Source of the DNA: an uncultured Pseudomonadota bacterium
Lineage (GTDB): Bacteria; Oederibacteriota; Muellerivitia; Muellerivitales; Muellerivitaceae
Length of the DNA stretch: 64,000 bases
Direction: 5' to 3'
Assembly (NCBI GenBank): GCA_963770835.1
Contig: CAVYRH010000004.1
Coordinates: 715,339 to 779,338 of the forward strand
Within the stretch, counting starts at the first letter, position 1; each line of letters starts with the position of its first letter. The notes beneath the pieces are model-generated. The model saw only the letters and a program-made list of their open reading frames with translations. It did not search any database and was not told the origin of the DNA. This document shows, in pieces, positions 47,794 to 57,194 of this stretch. The position numbers were made by a program, and so were the translations under genes.

Positions 47794-48507
47794 GTGAGCA
47801 ATATGCCGGAACTTCAGGAATTCGCTAAAAACTTGTGGATCGTCGACGGCCCGGATGTCCGTGATATGGGGATCTTGTTTACGACCCGAATGACCATCGT
47901 AAAACTCTCAAGTGGTTCCATATGGGTGGATTCCCCTGTATCCGTGCCTGTCGATACGCTTAAACACATCACTGGATTGGGACCCATTCAATACCTTGTC
48001 GCGGACACTCCACGGCACGTTTGGCGGCTGGAAGGGTGGCACAAGTTATTTCCCGACGCCCAACTGTGGGCGCCAAAACCTAGCCCATTCACGTTGAAAA
48101 AGGGAAACCTGCCATTCACGGGCATTCTTGGAGACGTGCCGCCCCAAGGCTGGGCGGATGACTTCGACCAACTTGCCTTCAAAGGCAACCCCCTCATCGA
48201 GGAAGTCTTTTTCTTTCACAAGGCGTCCCGGACGGTCATCCTGGATGATTTAATCCAAATTCATCCGATTGTGAATGGGAAGCCCCTCCACAATCTCCTT
48301 TTTAAACTTGTTGGGGCCGCCGCTCCCTATGGCGGCGTTGGGCTCGACCTAAGGCTCTCATTCATCAACCGAAAGCTCGCGCGGCAATCGCTTGAAAAAA
48401 TGCTTTCGTGGGACTTTGACAAGCTGGTCATCGCCCATGGGAATTGCGTTGAGAAAGACGCGAAGCTGTTTGTGGAAAGGGCTTTCCGGTGGCTTGGTCA
48501 GCGATAA
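47794..48507 (+). CDS. DUF4336-like protein
   Basis: TRMTIVKL, SPV, EEVFFFHKASRTVIL.DL, WDFDKLVIAHG. Confidence 0.75.
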   Translation: MSNMPELQEFAKNLWIVDGPDVRDMGILFTTRMTIVKLSSGSIWVDSPVSVPVDTLKHITGLGPIQYLVADTPRHVWRLEGWHKLFPDAQLWAPKPSPFTLKKGNLPFTGILGDVPPQGWADDFDQLAFKGNPLIEEVFFFHKASRTVILDDLIQIHPIVNGKPLHNLLFKLVGAAAPYGGVGLDLRLSFINRKLARQSLEKMLSWDFDKLVIAHGNCVEKDAKLFVERAFRWLGQR

Positions 48508-48594
48508 ATTGTCCACATTCGAAATAATTTAAAGAGATTGTGGGATAAAACGGATCAACCAATCGAAATGATGTTGTCGATTCACCACAAACTT

Positions 48595-49398
48595 TTATTT
48601 TCCGGTAACCGGGTAAATCCAACGAACACCCAGGATTTTTTGCGTGGTCTGATCCTGCGCGAAAACCGCGACGCCCAGGTGATCCTTTATCCAGAAAGAT
48701 TCCAGGTGTATCACGGCCCGGCCGGGATAAGAACCCGCTTTTTCAGGCGCTTCTATTTCGCTCAAATCCCTGACCACAAAATTTTCCGTCAAGTTCCTAC
48801 CCTTGTTTTCCCCGCTGAGGACATTGGTGGACAAACCGTTTTCAAAAACCACCGCGTAAAGTTTCGGGGAAGGGCCGGGGCCGGCGGCCTTGGAAAAAGA
48901 AGCGGTGGTTTTCACGGCCAAGCCATCCGGGGTGAGACGGCAGCCAAGGCTGAGGCGCGCCGATGGGCCGGTGGAAACGGCCATTTCCTTTTGGGCCCGG
49001 GAAAGGTCCGAACCCACGAACCCCACCCGTCCACCCACCACCATCTCCGGGGTATAGAGGGAGGAATCACCCAAGGCGCTGGCGTAATCGCGCTGGCGGG
49101 CAGTAAAAAGGGGGGAGGAGAAAGGGTCTTTCCATCCGATGTTGTCCCAATAGTCCACGTGAAAGGCCAGGGGCAGGGCCTTGCCCGCCTTGAAAAGATC
49201 CATGCCCCAAGTGTTCAACACCTCTTCGGCCGGGGGGCAGCTGGAACATCCCTGGGAGGTGAAAAGCTCAATCAGCGAGGGACCATCCTGGGCCGGGGCC
49301 TGGGACCAAGCGGGCTTCACCCCGGTTCCGGCAAAGGCCAGGAGCATTGTGACGGCCCAATTCACCCGTGTTGGAAAGGGGTTTAATTTCCTATTCAT
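48595..49398 (-). CDS. DUF1223-like exported thioredoxin-fold protein
   Basis: ELFTSQGCSSCPPA, FHVDYWD.IGWKDPF, YTPEMVV. Confidence 0.85.
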   Translation of the reverse strand: MNRKLNPFPTRVNWAVTMLLAFAGTGVKPAWSQAPAQDGPSLIELFTSQGCSSCPPAEEVLNTWGMDLFKAGKALPLAFHVDYWDNIGWKDPFSSPLFTARQRDYASALGDSSLYTPEMVVGGRVGFVGSDLSRAQKEMAVSTGPSARLSLGCRLTPDGLAVKTTASFSKAAGPGPSPKLYAVVFENGLSTNVLSGENKGRNLTENFVVRDLSEIEAPEKAGSYPGRAVIHLESFWIKDHLGVAVFAQDQTTQKILGVRWIYPVTGK

Positions 49399-49464
49399 CG
49401 GCCATTCCTCGTTTTAAGGCGGGTTCATTGATCCCCGAACAGAGTGAACCGAATAAGGCGCGGG

Positions 49465-50175
49465 TCAAAAGGTTCCTCCCTCTAAATTGGTGCCAATCCA
49501 GAAGTCCATGTGGGCGACCCCGGCGTCTTTCGCCGCCTTAGATGCCATGAATTCCCGCGCCTGGTTCATGTCCGGTAACTCATAAGCTGCGATCACCACC
49601 CCAGGGCTGCCGCCACGGTATAGGCCGTAAGGGGCGTTTTTTGCCCGGCTTCCTGGAAGGCCCCGGTTCCCGGCTTGTCCGGCCTCCCAAGACTTTTTCC
49701 ATAAACCGTAATTTTTTACTTCATAGCGGGCTACCACCAGGCCGCCCGGCTTTTGGGCGAAGTTTTGGCCGGAATGTCCATCTTCCTCCGTGCCGGCCCA
49801 CATTAGCGGCAAGTCCTTGCCCGCGCCCACGCAGGCCGTGATGAAGTTGGAGGTTTGGATGAATTCCGCCGCCTTCCTCAGGTCGGCGCACCTAAAGGTG
49901 AGGATGTAAGTTCCCGGGTCCCGCCAGTCGCGGTGGAAACTATAGGCCAGGAATCCCCGGCCCTTGAGGCCGTTTTCCGGGCGGAAGAAGCCTTTCTTAA
50001 AGTCGCCCAGGTCGCAGATTTGCTGGCGGATGAATAGGACGCCCGGGGCGTCCGGGTAGGGGTTTTGAAAACGGCAGGCCGGGGCGGCCAGGGCCAGGCA
50101 AAGGAGCCAGGGCCAAAAGCAAAATTTTTCCAGGGCCCCCCAAGCGCCCTTCCTAAACTTTTTTCGTGTTTCCAT
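49465..50175 (-). CDS. Hypothetical protein (possible lipoprotein)
   Basis: 236 aa ORF with hydrophobic N-terminal segment ending APAC. Confidence 0.55.
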   Translation of the reverse strand: METRKKFRKGAWGALEKFCFWPWLLCLALAAPACRFQNPYPDAPGVLFIRQQICDLGDFKKGFFRPENGLKGRGFLAYSFHRDWRDPGTYILTFRCADLRKAAEFIQTSNFITACVGAGKDLPLMWAGTEEDGHSGQNFAQKPGGLVVARYEVKNYGLWKKSWEAGQAGNRGLPGSRAKNAPYGLYRGGSPGVVIAAYELPDMNQAREFMASKAAKDAGVAHMDFWIGTNLEGGTF

Positions 50176-50509
50176 AATCCGTCAAGGACCAGACGATGAA
50201 GATGACGGCACCGTTCACGACGTAAAAATATTGGGCCGCCGGTTCGGAGCCGAACCCCAGGATAAAGGGCAGGGCCACCAAGACGGGCCCCACAACCAGC
50301 TCGATGATCCCGTGCCATTTCAAGGGAACTATTTTCAGGACGCCCAGGGGAAAATCGGTCAAGAGGGTGAGGAGAAGGTGAATCCCCGCCAGGGAATAGG
50401 AAATGACGGCGGGCAGCATTGACAGGTGTAGGAGGGCGGGAGCGGCCAGGAAAACCAAAACCACCACGTAGTCCAAATATCCGTGAACCTTTGGGCTGAT
50501 CAATTTCAT
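50153..50509 (-). CDS. Small four-TM membrane protein (SPW-repeat-like)
   Basis: HGYLDY, LLTDFPLG, H..IEL, LTDY. Confidence 0.7.
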   Translation of the reverse strand: MKLISPKVHGYLDYVVVLVFLAAPALLHLSMLPAVISYSLAGIHLLLTLLTDFPLGVLKIVPLKWHGIIELVVGPVLVALPFILGFGSEPAAQYFYVVNGAVIFIVWSLTDYGNTKKV

Positions 50510-51153
50510 TTCAAGGCCTCCTTTGCCGCCTTCATTAATTCGTCCGGGTTGACCCTGACCTTGATGTCGGGGTTGTAATAAACGAAATGGATAAGGCCCC
50601 TGGTATCCACCACGAAGGCCGCGGGGACCGGCAATTCGTGGAGGGAATTCCCGGTGGACTTCTCAAGGTCGACGCCGAAGCCCTTCATTTTTTCCAAGGT
50701 CCCGGGGTCCAAGCGGTAGGCCAAGCCGAATTGGCGGGTCAAGCCCATGGTGCGGTCGGAAAGCAGGGTGTAGTTGATCCCGTGTTTGTCCAAACTTTCG
50801 CGCAGGCTTTCGGGCTTGTCCGGCGTAATGGCCAATAATTGGTAACCCATCTTCATTAAATCCGGCTCGATCCTCACCAGTTGGCCCATTTGCAGGTTGC
50901 AGTAGGGGCACCATCCCCCACGGTAAAAAATAAGGATGGAGGGTTTTTGGGAAACAAGGGCCCTCAGTTCCACCTTTTTCCCCTCAAGGGTCGTCAGTTC
51001 GCCGTTGGGGATGATTTGTCCTATCACCAGGGGCTGAACGTCTTTTGGACTGTCGTAAACCGGCTTGCCCATCGAATCAGCTACCGTTGTTTCAACCATG
51101 CCAAGACCTCCTAGGAAAAGTACTGTCAAAAAAAACGTCCTATAGCTCAACAC
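50506..51153 (-). CDS. Peroxiredoxin-like AhpC/TSA-family protein
   Basis: FYRGGWCPYCN, LLSD, LPVPAAFVVD. Confidence 0.87.
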   Translation of the reverse strand: MLSYRTFFLTVLFLGGLGMVETTVADSMGKPVYDSPKDVQPLVIGQIIPNGELTTLEGKKVELRALVSQKPSILIFYRGGWCPYCNLQMGQLVRIEPDLMKMGYQLLAITPDKPESLRESLDKHGINYTLLSDRTMGLTRQFGLAYRLDPGTLEKMKGFGVDLEKSTGNSLHELPVPAAFVVDTRGLIHFVYYNPDIKVRVNPDELMKAAKEALK

Positions 51154-51284
51154 TTGCCACCTCCGTGATTTGGCTTTTTAAGCCCCCGTAGTTGAATATA
51201 GATTCCAGCAGGGTTAAATACGATTTACGATTTTAAAGAGTTACTTCGATGTTATTTTCCCGGATATTTTAAGGTTTTTCTAGA

Positions 51285-51377
51285 TGTCCACGACGGGCCC
51301 CTGAACCGAGGCAACAAGCCGAGGTTCGAGCTTTGGGTGTGCCGGTTCAAAACAGGAATTGGCCCCCGTCGTGGATA
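51285..51377. repeat. Inverted doublet of the TCCACGACGGG repeat
   Basis: tgtccacgacgggcccc (51285) and gcccccgtcgtggata (51362-51377) in opposite orientation. Confidence 0.7.
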
Positions 51378-51420
51378 AGGCAACTGCGCGGCATCTTTGG
51401 GCTTGAAATGAAACCATTAA

Positions 51421-51560
51421 CAGGGTGCTGAAAAGTGTTTTTTTCACCCTGTCAACAGCCACGGGTTTGGAGCGAATCGCATTTAACCCCTTATTTTTTA
51501 AGGGGTGATTCGCGACACAAATAGGAAAAAGGTTGTTCCCTGGACTTTTTCAACATCCTG
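51421..51560. mobile_element. 140-bp MITE with TTAA target duplication
   Basis: TTAA|CAGGGTGCTGAAAAGT ... ACTTTTTCAACATCCTG|TTAA; internal hairpin; no ORF. Confidence 0.75.
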
Positions 51561-51624
51561 TTAAAGCTTCTTTTCGACCCTACTCCTTGCCTAACCAGCC
51601 AAACCAAAAGATTTAAAAAAGGTC

Positions 51625-51670
51625 TTGACTATCTACCTTGAGGTAGGTATTATCTACCCGTAGATAGATA
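51625..51670 (+). promoter_or_regulatory. Sigma70 promoter overlapped by two TetR-type operators
   Basis: TTGACT-17 nt-TATTAT; operators TATCTACC-ttga-GGTAGGTA (51630-51649) and TATCTACC-cgta-GATAGATA (51651-51670). Confidence 0.75.
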
Positions 51671-51687
51671 AACGAACGAGGTTCCCT

Positions 51688-52278
51688 ATGGGCCGCCCAA
51701 CATTAGCCAACCGAAAAGACACCCCCGCTGAACTGAAAAAAGTGGCCCTGGAATTGATCCAGACCAGGGGTTACAACGCCTTCAGTTACCAGGACCTGGC
51801 GGAGAGGCTGAAGATCCGCAAGGCCAGCATCCACTACCACTTTCCCGCCAAGGAAGACCTGGGGGTGGGCCTGCTCACGGACAGTTTGAAGCGCGTCAGC
51901 GGCTGGCAGGATTCCATCAATGAAAGGGGCTTGACCCCCTTGGAGCGGATACAGGCTTATTTCGATTACTTCAAAAGCATCTCGGAGAACTGCACGCGCA
52001 TCTGTCCCATTGGGGCTTTGATTTCCGAATGGTCCACTTTGCCGAAAAAGGTCCGGGCCACGGCCGGCGCCGTCATCAAGCGCCACCAGGATTGGCTGAG
52101 GGGGGTCCTGGAACAAGGCCGTAAGGAAGGCGTCTTCGCCGCCCGGGGGCCCGTGGGGGAACAGGCCCAGTTTATTTACGCCTCCATCCAGGGGGCCTTG
52201 CAGACCAGCCGGGCCCAGAACAACCCGGACTATTACCCCCAGGTCACCCGGCAGATATTGGAAGCTTTAAAGAAGTAA
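51688..52278 (+). CDS. TetR-family regulator (NemR-like)
   Basis: GYNAFSYQDLA..L.IRKASIHYHFPAKEDL, C-terminal ICPIG. Confidence 0.9.
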   Translation: MGRPTLANRKDTPAELKKVALELIQTRGYNAFSYQDLAERLKIRKASIHYHFPAKEDLGVGLLTDSLKRVSGWQDSINERGLTPLERIQAYFDYFKSISENCTRICPIGALISEWSTLPKKVRATAGAVIKRHQDWLRGVLEQGRKEGVFAARGPVGEQAQFIYASIQGALQTSRAQNNPDYYPQVTRQILEALKK

Positions 52279-52314
52279 GTTGGGTTTTTGAGTATCTGAT
52301 TTGATTTTCTTAAA

Positions 52315-52403
52315 CCCTCGCCCCTTGGGGGAGAGGGTAGGGTGAGGGGTGTTGTAGCCGTCAAAACCACCCTCATCCCGGCCTCTCCCCTCAAGGGAGA
52401 AGG
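52315..52403. repeat. REP-like inverted pair of the CCCTCTCCC/GGGAGAGGG family
   Basis: ccctcgccccttgggggagagggtagggtgagggg ... ccctcatcccggcctctcccctcaagggagaagg. Confidence 0.7.
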
Positions 52404-52471
52404 TGGAAACAGAAGGTTGGTTTTCGGGAAGCGGAAGCCAAGTGCTCCGTTCCCAATTTTTTTACCCTCAA

Positions 52472-52491
52472 TACCTACCTATAGATAGGTA
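52472..52491. promoter_or_regulatory. Third TetR-type operator, upstream of the efflux operon
   Basis: TACCTACC-tata-GATAGGTA, same consensus as 51630 and 51651. Confidence 0.72.
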
Positions 52492-52561
52492 TTGAGGGAC
52501 GGGGCCCGGCGCACAGGGAAGAACAAAAACTTAATTTTTAGCGGATTACCAGGAGGAAGCC

Positions 52562-52726
52562 ATGAACAGCGAGTACCGCATCCAATCCCTCATCGAACTG
52601 GAAAGGCCGGCCGGCCACCCGGTTCCGGAGGAGATCAAAAGGCTGGCCCATCTCAACGACAACATGGTCCGGCGGGTGGCCTTGGCCCGGGAGCGGACCG
52701 AACGGCAATCGCAGCGCAAAGCTTGA
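52562..52726 (+). CDS. Small hypothetical protein heading the efflux operon (absent from the ORF track)
   Basis: RBS AGGAGG; MNSEYRIQSLIELERPAGHPVPEEIKRLAHLNDNMVRRVALARERTERQSQRKA*. Confidence 0.55.
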   Translation: MNSEYRIQSLIELERPAGHPVPEEIKRLAHLNDNMVRRVALARERTERQSQRKA

Positions 52727-52778
52727 GGCAGGAAAAAAACCAACCCCGGCGGAAGGCCGGGAAAAAAAGGAGAGCGTC

Positions 52779-53636
52779 ATGACGACAAAAACGAAAAAAC
52801 AGGCGGGATTTGGAATAGGGGCGGCGGCGGTGGCCCTCGTGGCGGCCTGGCTGGCCTTCGGGGGGCGTTCCGAATCCACCGATAACGCCTATGTGGAGGC
52901 CAATGTGGCCACGCTTTCCACCAAGGTCCCGGGTTTGGTTTCCCAGGTGCTGGTGGAGGAGAACCAAAAGGTCAAGAAGGGCCAGATCCTGGTGGTCATT
53001 GATCCCCGGGACTACCAGAACGCCCTGGACGAGCAGGAAGCCCAGCTTCGCTCCATCGAGGCCAGCCTGAAGCTGGCCAAAAAGGACGAAATAAGGGCGG
53101 TGGACCTTTTCGCCGAACAGGCCGTCAGCGCCCAGTACCGGGACGCGGCCCTGGCCAAGGCGCAGGAACTGGAGAACCAATGGAGCTCGCTGCGGGCCCA
53201 GATCCAGCAAAGCGAGCTGAACCTGCAGTTCACCATGCTGCGCGCGCCGGAGGACGGCACCATCGGCAAGAAGTCGGTGGAAGCGGGCATGGTGGTGGCC
53301 CCGGGCGAGCCCCTGCTCTCTTTCGTGGACGCGGCCACGCCCTGGGTGGACGCCAATTTCAAGGAAACCCAATTGCGCAAGATCAGGCCCGGCCAAAGGG
53401 CCAGGGTGGAGATCGACTCCATCGGGGGCAGGCAATTCGAGGCCGTCGTGGACAGCATCGCCCCCGGCACGGGCTCCACCTTCGCGCTCATCCCGCCGGA
53501 GAACGCCACGGGCAACTTCACCAAGATCGTCCAGCGGGTGCCGGTGCGGCTGCGCTTTTTGGTGGATTCCATCAAGGGCTACGAGGACCGCATCGTGCCG
53601 GGCCTGTCGGCCGAAGCCAAGATCATCGTGGACTGA
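52779..53636 (+). CDS. EmrA/HlyD-family membrane fusion protein
   Basis: STDNAYV, WVDANFKETQL, FALIPPENATGNFTKIVQRVPVR. Confidence 0.92.
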   Translation: MTTKTKKQAGFGIGAAAVALVAAWLAFGGRSESTDNAYVEANVATLSTKVPGLVSQVLVEENQKVKKGQILVVIDPRDYQNALDEQEAQLRSIEASLKLAKKDEIRAVDLFAEQAVSAQYRDAALAKAQELENQWSSLRAQIQQSELNLQFTMLRAPEDGTIGKKSVEAGMVVAPGEPLLSFVDAATPWVDANFKETQLRKIRPGQRARVEIDSIGGRQFEAVVDSIAPGTGSTFALIPPENATGNFTKIVQRVPVRLRFLVDSIKGYEDRIVPGLSAEAKIIVD

Positions 53637-53646
53637 GGAGGCCCCC

Positions 53647-55203
53647 ATGACACCCCCCACCCCCGAAAAGGCGACAACCAAACAATGGATCGCGGTGATC
53701 GGCTCCCTCCTGGGGGCTTTCATGGCCATCCTGGACATCTCCATCACCAACTCTTCCTTGCGTGATATCCAGGGCGGCCTGGATGCCACCCTGGACGAAG
53801 GGGCTTGGATCTCCACCGCTTACCTGGTGGCCGAGATCATCGTCATCCCCCTCACCGGCTGGCTGGCCCAGGTCTTCGGCTTGCGCCGCTACCTGCTTTG
53901 GAGCGCGGGGGCCTTCATCGCGGCCTCCATGCTGTGCGGTACGGCCCAAAGCCTGCCCGCCATGATCTTTTTCCGTATCCTCCAGGGTTTCTCGGGGGGC
54001 GTGCTCATCCCCTTGAGCGCCACCATCATCCTCACCAACCTGCCCACTGCCCAAAGGGCCTTGGGGCTGTCGCTCTTCAGCCTGTCGGCCACCTTCGCCC
54101 CCTGCATCGGGCCCACCATCGGCGGCTGGCTGACGGTCAACTATTCCTGGCCCTTCATTTTCTACATCAACCTGGTGCCGGGCATCCTCTTGCTGCTTTT
54201 GGCGGGTTACGGGCTTGAGAAGGCCCCCACCCAATTGGGCTTGCTGAGGCAAGGGGACTGGTGGGGCATCCTTACCATGGGGACGGCCCTGGGGTCCCTG
54301 ACGGTGGTGCTGGAGGAAGGCGTCCGCGAGGATTGGTTCGGGTCGGACCTCATCCTTTACCTGACTATCCTGATGGTCGCCTCCGCCATCCTATTCCTTA
54401 TCGTGGAGGCCCATAACCCGAAGCCCTTCATCAATATCCGGCTTCTCTTGCGGCGCAACTTCCTGATGGCCAACCTGGCGGCCCTGGCCTTCGGGTTCGG
54501 CATCTACGGCTCCATCTTCATCCTGCCCCTGTTCCTGGCGCAGATCCGGCAGTTCGACGCCACGCAGATCGGGCAGGTCATCATGTGGTCGGGCTTTCCC
54601 CAACTTCTCATCATCCCCATCCTCCCGGCGATGGTGAAAAGGTTCGACAACCGGGTCCTGGCGGCCGTCGGGTTCCTGCTCTTCGGGACCAGCGCCTTGA
54701 TGAACGCCGGATTGACCAACGATTGGGGCTATGACCAGTTCCTCTGGTCGCAGGTGGTTCGGGCCCTGGGCCAGCCCTTCATCATCACCTGCATGTCGAA
54801 CCTGGCCTACCGGGGGCTGGAACCCTCGGAAGTGGGTTCCGCCTCGGGGCTTTTCAACATGATGCGCAACCTGGGCGGCTCCATCGGCATCGGGGCGCTG
54901 GGGGCCCTCCTGGACAACCGCTACCACCTGCATTTCACCCGTATCGCCGAGGCCACCAGCCGATTCTCGCCGGCGGCCCAGGTGGAGTTGGCCCACCGGG
55001 CCGGTTACCTGGCCTTGCATTCGGGCGGGGAGGGCCTGCGCCAGGCCCTGGCCACGGTCTTCGGTACCCTGAACCGGGAAGCCTTCGTGATGGCCTACAG
55101 CGATTGCTTTTTGGCCATCGGCCTGATGTTCTATGCCAGCGCGGTGCTGATGGGGTTCATCCGAAAGGCGGCGGCGCCCCCGGGCGCGGTGGCGGGGCAC
55201 TGA
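53647..55203 (+). CDS. EmrB/QacA DHA2 MFS efflux permease
   Basis: GAFMAILDISI, WISTAYLVAE, RILQG, GPTIGG, RNLGGSIG. Confidence 0.92.
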   Translation: MTPPTPEKATTKQWIAVIGSLLGAFMAILDISITNSSLRDIQGGLDATLDEGAWISTAYLVAEIIVIPLTGWLAQVFGLRRYLLWSAGAFIAASMLCGTAQSLPAMIFFRILQGFSGGVLIPLSATIILTNLPTAQRALGLSLFSLSATFAPCIGPTIGGWLTVNYSWPFIFYINLVPGILLLLLAGYGLEKAPTQLGLLRQGDWWGILTMGTALGSLTVVLEEGVREDWFGSDLILYLTILMVASAILFLIVEAHNPKPFINIRLLLRRNFLMANLAALAFGFGIYGSIFILPLFLAQIRQFDATQIGQVIMWSGFPQLLIIPILPAMVKRFDNRVLAAVGFLLFGTSALMNAGLTNDWGYDQFLWSQVVRALGQPFIITCMSNLAYRGLEPSEVGSASGLFNMMRNLGGSIGIGALGALLDNRYHLHFTRIAEATSRFSPAAQVELAHRAGYLALHSGGEGLRQALATVFGTLNREAFVMAYSDCFLAIGLMFYASAVLMGFIRKAAAPPGAVAGH

Positions 55204-55261
55204 CCCAATTCTTAATTTTGAATTCTTAGTTATGAATTAAAGTAAAAAAAGGAGGCAGGTC

Positions 55262-55999
55262 ATGGAAAAGGATCGATTCGCGGGGAAGGTTATTTTAGTC
55301 ACGGGAGGGAACAGCGGCATCGGGCTGGCGACGGCGCAAAGGCTGGCCGAGGAAGGGGCCCAGGTCATCATCACGGGCCGGGATAAGGAAAAATTGGAAA
55401 AGGCGGTTCGGGAGCTGGGATCCCAGGCCCAGGGCATCGTGGCCGATGTGGCCAGGGTTTCGGACCTCGATTCCCTTTACGCCCAGGTCAAGGCCAAGTA
55501 CGGGCGGCTGGATGGACTCTTCGCCAACGCGGGGGTGGCCATCATGGAACCCCTGGAACAGGTCACCGAAGAGCATATCAACACCATGATGGACACCAAC
55601 TTTAGGGGCACCTTCTTTACGGTTCAAAAAGCCATCCCCCTCTTTTCCAAGGGGGCCGCGGTGGTGTTGAACGCCTCCGTCGCGGATACGAAGGGCACGG
55701 CCGCCATGGCGGGTTATGCCGCCACCAAGGCGGCGGTCCGCTCGATGGCCCGTACCTTTTCGAGCCATTTACTGTCCCAGCAAGTCAGGGTGAACGTGGT
55801 CAGCCCAGGCCCCATTGAAACCCCCATTTGGGCCGGGGTGCCCGCCGCCGGTTTGGAAGCCCGGGCCGCGCTGGTGCCCGCCAAGCGTTTCGGCACCGCC
55901 GAGGAAGTGGCGGGGGCCGTGGCTTACCTCCTTTCCGACGAGTCGGCTTATACCGTCGGCGCGGAGCTTTTCGTGGACGGGGGCGTTGGCCAGCTCTGA
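55262..55999 (+). CDS. Short-chain dehydrogenase/reductase
   Basis: TGGNSGIG, ANAG, YAATK, NVVSPGPIET. Confidence 0.92.
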   Translation: MEKDRFAGKVILVTGGNSGIGLATAQRLAEEGAQVIITGRDKEKLEKAVRELGSQAQGIVADVARVSDLDSLYAQVKAKYGRLDGLFANAGVAIMEPLEQVTEEHINTMMDTNFRGTFFTVQKAIPLFSKGAAVVLNASVADTKGTAAMAGYAATKAAVRSMARTFSSHLLSQQVRVNVVSPGPIETPIWAGVPAAGLEARAALVPAKRFGTAEEVAGAVAYLLSDESAYTVGAELFVDGGVGQL

Positions 56000-56126
56000 A
56001 GTTACCATTGGAAATATCTAGCGGGCTTGAAATGGGAAATCCGGACAACCTAAGCGGCTTGGAGTTGAAGAAAACTGGGGTTTTGTGTTACCCTTATGAC
56101 ATATACGTATTACTTTTGGAGGACCC

Positions 56127-56354
56127 GTGAGGACGATTACAGTCAAAATACCGGAATCTTTAGAACGAGAATTGGAAAACTTGGCCCGTAAACGCCATGT
56201 CAGCCGTTCGGCCGTTTTAAGGGAAGCGCTGAACGGTCTTGCTGGGCAGCGTAAACGCTCCGCCGCGGATTTGGCCGGAGAATTAGTAGGAAAGCTGCGA
56301 GGCGCTTCCGGTTTATCCACCGCATCCAAACACATGCGGGGATACGGTGAATGA
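56127..56354 (+). CDS. CopG/RHH antitoxin
   Basis: TITVKIP...SRSAVLREAL...LST...HM.GYG; overlaps the PIN gene. Confidence 0.82.
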   Translation: MRTITVKIPESLERELENLARKRHVSRSAVLREALNGLAGQRKRSAADLAGELVGKLRGASGLSTASKHMRGYGE

Positions 56355-56767
56355 AGCAGAATTACATCGCTGATACCGGCCCTATCGTTGCGCTTCTCAA
56401 CAGCCGCGACCAATACCACCTTTGGGCCCGCGATCTTTTTGAATCGATCGAACCGCCCCTTGCTACCTGCGAGGCTGTCATTTCGGAAGCCTGCTTTTTG
56501 GTGCGCGGCCTCAAAGGAGGGGCCCGTGCAGTATTTGGACTCCTTGATCGCGGTGTGCTTGACCTATCCTTTCGGTTGGGACCCCACTTAACCGCTGTCG
56601 ATGCCTTGATGTCCCGGTATTCCAGTGTTCCCATGTCGCTGGCAGACGCATGCCTAGTGAAAATGTCTGAACTAGATCCCAAAGCAATCGTTTTGACCCT
56701 CGATAGTGATTTTAAAATTTATCGGCGGAATGGCCGACAAGTCCTGCCGGTCGCCATGCCTGATTGA
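56351..56767 (+). CDS. VapC-type PIN toxin
   Basis: ADTGPIVA, EAVISEA, MSLADACLV, TLDSDF.IYR. Confidence 0.87.
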   Translation: MKQNYIADTGPIVALLNSRDQYHLWARDLFESIEPPLATCEAVISEACFLVRGLKGGARAVFGLLDRGVLDLSFRLGPHLTAVDALMSRYSSVPMSLADACLVKMSELDPKAIVLTLDSDFKIYRRNGRQVLPVAMPD

Positions 56768-56786
56768 TGTGGTTGCACTTTCATGT

Positions 56787-56814
56787 TGTCCACGAAGGGG
56801 ACCCTTCGTGGACA
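56787..56814. repeat. 28-bp hairpin repeat R1
   Basis: TGTCCACGAAGGG-GA-CCCTTCGTGGACA, perfect 13-bp arms. Confidence 0.92.
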
Positions 56815-56942
56815 GGCAAAAAGACTTAAAGACCTCTTTTGGGCGGGAAGGTTGAAGAGGTTTTTGACCCCTTGCGGGAATTGCACAATGGTGATATCAT
56901 GATATCGTAATTACGCTTAAGCCTACATTGTGGAGGTAACCT

Positions 56943-57194
56943 ATGGCCCAATTAATCGTTCGGAATTTAGATGACAGCGTGAAGTTGAAACTGAGCCAAA
57001 GGGCTCGGAAGAATGGGCACAGCACGGAAGAAGAGGTGCGAGACATCTTGAGAAATGTGGTAGGGAAGGATGGGGGCCGCGCTCCCATACCATTGGGCGC
57101 CAGGTTTAAGGCGCGGTTTAGGAAGATAGGGTTGACCAGAGAAATCCCCGAATTGCGTGGCCAGCAAGCCCAGCCTGTCTCCCTTGTCCCATGA
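56943..57194 (+). CDS. FitA-like RHH antitoxin
   Basis: MAQLIVRNLDD..K.KL..RA..NG.S.EEEVRDIL. Confidence 0.87.
   Translation: MAQLIVRNLDDSVKLKLSQRARKNGHSTEEEVRDILRNVVGKDGGRAPIPLGARFKARFRKIGLTREIPELRGQQAQPVSLVP

Noticed and set aside
56030..56050. Possible degenerate repeat (GGGAAATCCGGACA) before the first TA cassette
   Set aside because: Only a short right-arm-like match; the conserved left arm TGTCCACGACG is missing.
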